Positions 61,586 through 64,000 of a DNA stretch of 64,000 nucleotides are shown one piece after another; the first letter of the stretch is position 1; every line of letters begins with the position of its first letter. Location of the stretch: positions 11,718,001 to 11,782,000 of the forward strand of contig OU015568.1 in the NCBI GenBank assembly GCA_907165135.1, given 5' to 3'. Source of the DNA: Oikopleura dioica. Taxonomy: Eukaryota > Animalia > Chordata. The notes under the pieces were generated by a model. It saw nothing but the letters and a program-made list of their open reading frames with translations, was not told the DNA's origin and searched no databases. A program made the position numbers and the translations under genes.

Positions 61586-64000
61586 ATGAAGCTGTTAAAT
61601 TTCTTTTTGGGCCTTTTGGCCTCGTCCGTCCGCGCTGACGACAAGAAGGACGACGTCGGAACCGTTATCGGTATCGATTTGGGAACCACTTATTCCTGCG
61701 TCGGTGTCTTCAAGGGAGGCAGAGTTGAAATCATTGCCAACGATCAGGGTAAGTCGACTACTTTTCATAAAAGAGAAAATTTTTTATAAAGTAACGGGCC
61801 TTTCCTTCTCATCAACATTTCCGAAAGTCACTTTAAAATTATCCTTATCGAAATATTCGTCGATATTAAATCACTATTAGTGATTGAGTTTTGAAAATAT
61901 CCAGTAAACACAATTTTTTAGAAAAGCGGTAAGGTGCTTCCCAATTGAAAGATTATCGTTAGAAGCGAATTATTATAGCATTTTTACGGCCTTTATTTCC
62001 ATATAATCACTTCCATTATCACAATGTTTGCCTTTTTTGTGGCGAAAAGGCCACGTAGCCTTGGCAAGTTCGATTCACCGGCGTGAATTCCCTCGGGCAA
62101 GTTTGCTGTCTGTTTTTGCTCATAGGAATTTTACTACGCAATCAAATAAATTGACCACTAATTCTAGGTAACCGAATCACCCCATCCTACGTTGCCTTCA
62201 CCTCCGAGGGTGAGCGACTCATCGGTGATGCCGCCAAGAACCAGCTTACTACCAACCCACAAAACACTGTTTTCGATGCCAAGCGACTCATCGGCCGAAC
62301 CTGGTCCGACCCCGCCGTCCAGTCCGACAAGAAGTTCTTCCCATTCGCCGTTGTTGAAGATAAATCCAAGCCCGCCATCAAGGTCAACACTGGCTCTGGC
62401 GACAAGACTTTCACCCCAGAAGAAATCTCCGCTATGGTCCTCGGAAAGATGAAGCGAATTGCTGAAGATTACCTCGGAACCACTGTTACCCACGCCGTTG
62501 TCACTGTCCCCGCCTATTTCTCTGATGCCCAGCGACAGGCTACCAAGGATGCTGGCGTTATCTCCGGTATGACAATCATGCGAATCATCAACGAACCTAC
62601 TGCTGCCGCTATTGCCTACGGTTTGGACAAGGACAAGGAAGGCGAGAAGAACATCCTTGTATTCGATCTTGGTGGAGGTACCTTCGATGTCTCTCTCCTC
62701 ACTATCGACTCTGGTGTCTTCGAGGTCGTCGCTACTAACGGTGATACTCATCTTGGAGGTGAAGATTTCGATCAGCGAGTCATGGACCACTTCATGAAGC
62801 TCTACAAGAAGAAGACAGGCAAAGATATCCGAAAAGACAACCGAGCCGTCCAGAAACTCCGACGAGAAGTCGAGAAGGCCAAGCGAGCTCTTTCTTCCAC
62901 TCACTCCGCTCGAATTGAAATCGAATCTTTCTTTGATGGCGAGGACTTCTCCGAGACTCTCACCCGAGCCAAGTTCGAGGAACTCAACAACGATCTTTTC
63001 CGAGGAACCCTCAAGCCAGTCCAGAAGGTCTTGGAAGACGGTGAAATGAAGAAGAACGAAATCGATGAAATCGTCCTTGTCGGTGGCTCCACTCGAATCC
63101 CCAAGGTCCAGCAGCTCGTCAAGGAATTCTTCAACGGCAAGGAACCATCCAAAGGTATCAACCCCGATGAGGCCGTCGCTTATGGTGCCGCTGTCCAGGT
63201 AAGATTTCTTTATTCGACGCAGACATTTATTTGATCATTCAGGCTGGTGTTCTCTCCGGTGAAGACAACGTCGATGTCGTCCTTCTCGATGTCTGCCCAT
63301 TGACCCTCGGTATCGAAACTGTCGGTGGTGTCATGACCAAGATCATTCCCAGAAACTCCGTCGTCCCAACCAAGAAACAACAGATCTTTTCCACCGCCGC
63401 CGATAACCAACAGACCGTCACCATCCAGGTAATCCTTTCCAATCAACAACAATTTTACTAAAATATCTTCAAGGTCTTCGAAGGTGAACGACCAATGACC
63501 AAGGACAACCACATCCTCGGCAAGTTCGATCTCAACGGCATTCCCCCAGCTGCCCGAGGTGTTCCCCAGATCGAGGTCACCTTCGAAATCGATGTCAACG
63601 GTATCCTCCGAGTCTCTGCTGAAGATAAGGTAACACAGTACTCAAATGATTCGAGAGCTTTATTGGATTAATTTAGGGCACTGGTACCAAAGAAAAGATC
63701 GAGATCAAGAACGACTCCAACCGACTCTCCCCCGAAGATGTCGAGCGAATGATCAAGGACGCCGAAATGTTCGCTGAGGAAGACGCCAAGGTCGCTGCCC
63801 GAGCCACCGCCAAGGTAAAATCATATCCACGTAACTCTTCCCTAAATTCAATCTAGAACGAGCTCGAACAGTACGCTTACGGACTCAAGAACCAGGTCGG
63901 AAACGACGACCCCGAGAAGGGCCTTGGATCCAAGCTCTCCGATGAAGACAAGGAAGAGATTAACACCGCCGTCGAAAACACCATCGAATGGCTCGACGAA
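61586..64000 (+). CDS. HSPA5: BiP/GRP78, intron-containing, 3' end beyond window
   Basis: Signal peptide, then [38 protein letters not shown]|[10 protein letters not shown] and [19 protein letters not shown]; canonical BiP sequence with GT-AG introns (61749-62168, 63199-63242 and others). Confidence 0.96.

Noticed and set aside
59429-63512. Antisense ORFs over the HSP70 genes (e.g. 62164-62904) and over the kinase (44598-45077)
   Set aside because: Typical shadow ORFs of codon-biased genes.
1-64000. tRNA, rRNA, or autonomous transposase/reverse-transcriptase ORFs
   Set aside because: None recognised by eye.

Overview
Gene-dense eukaryotic DNA with very short introns (about 40-60 nt), several GA-AG non-canonical introns and operon-like gene runs. 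By inference this is a larvacean tunicate, most likely Oikopleura dioica. Recognisable genes: CFAP45; a large multiplexin collagen (COL15/18-like: TSPN, Gly-X-Y, trimerisation domain, endostatin) whose intron contains in-frame CAP/SCP-domain exons; an SLC10 transporter whose halves are separated by about 9.5 kb of nested genes and repeats; an HGSNAT fragment; GXYLT; a Pim-like kinase; a RING E3; a probable operon RPS29-FBXO42-UBE2-ARFIP-FAM50-MTERF; and a head-to-head pair of BiP paralogs. Most striking: a 1.9-kb nested non-autonomous DNA transposon (14-bp perfect TIRs, 6-bp TSD) sits inside the coding exon of RPS29, with an in-frame rescue splice path available (possible intron gain in progress). 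The reconstructed RPS29 lacks 3 of its 4 Zn ligands. All exon models were built by hand from splice signals and remembered family consensus; no database searches were run.
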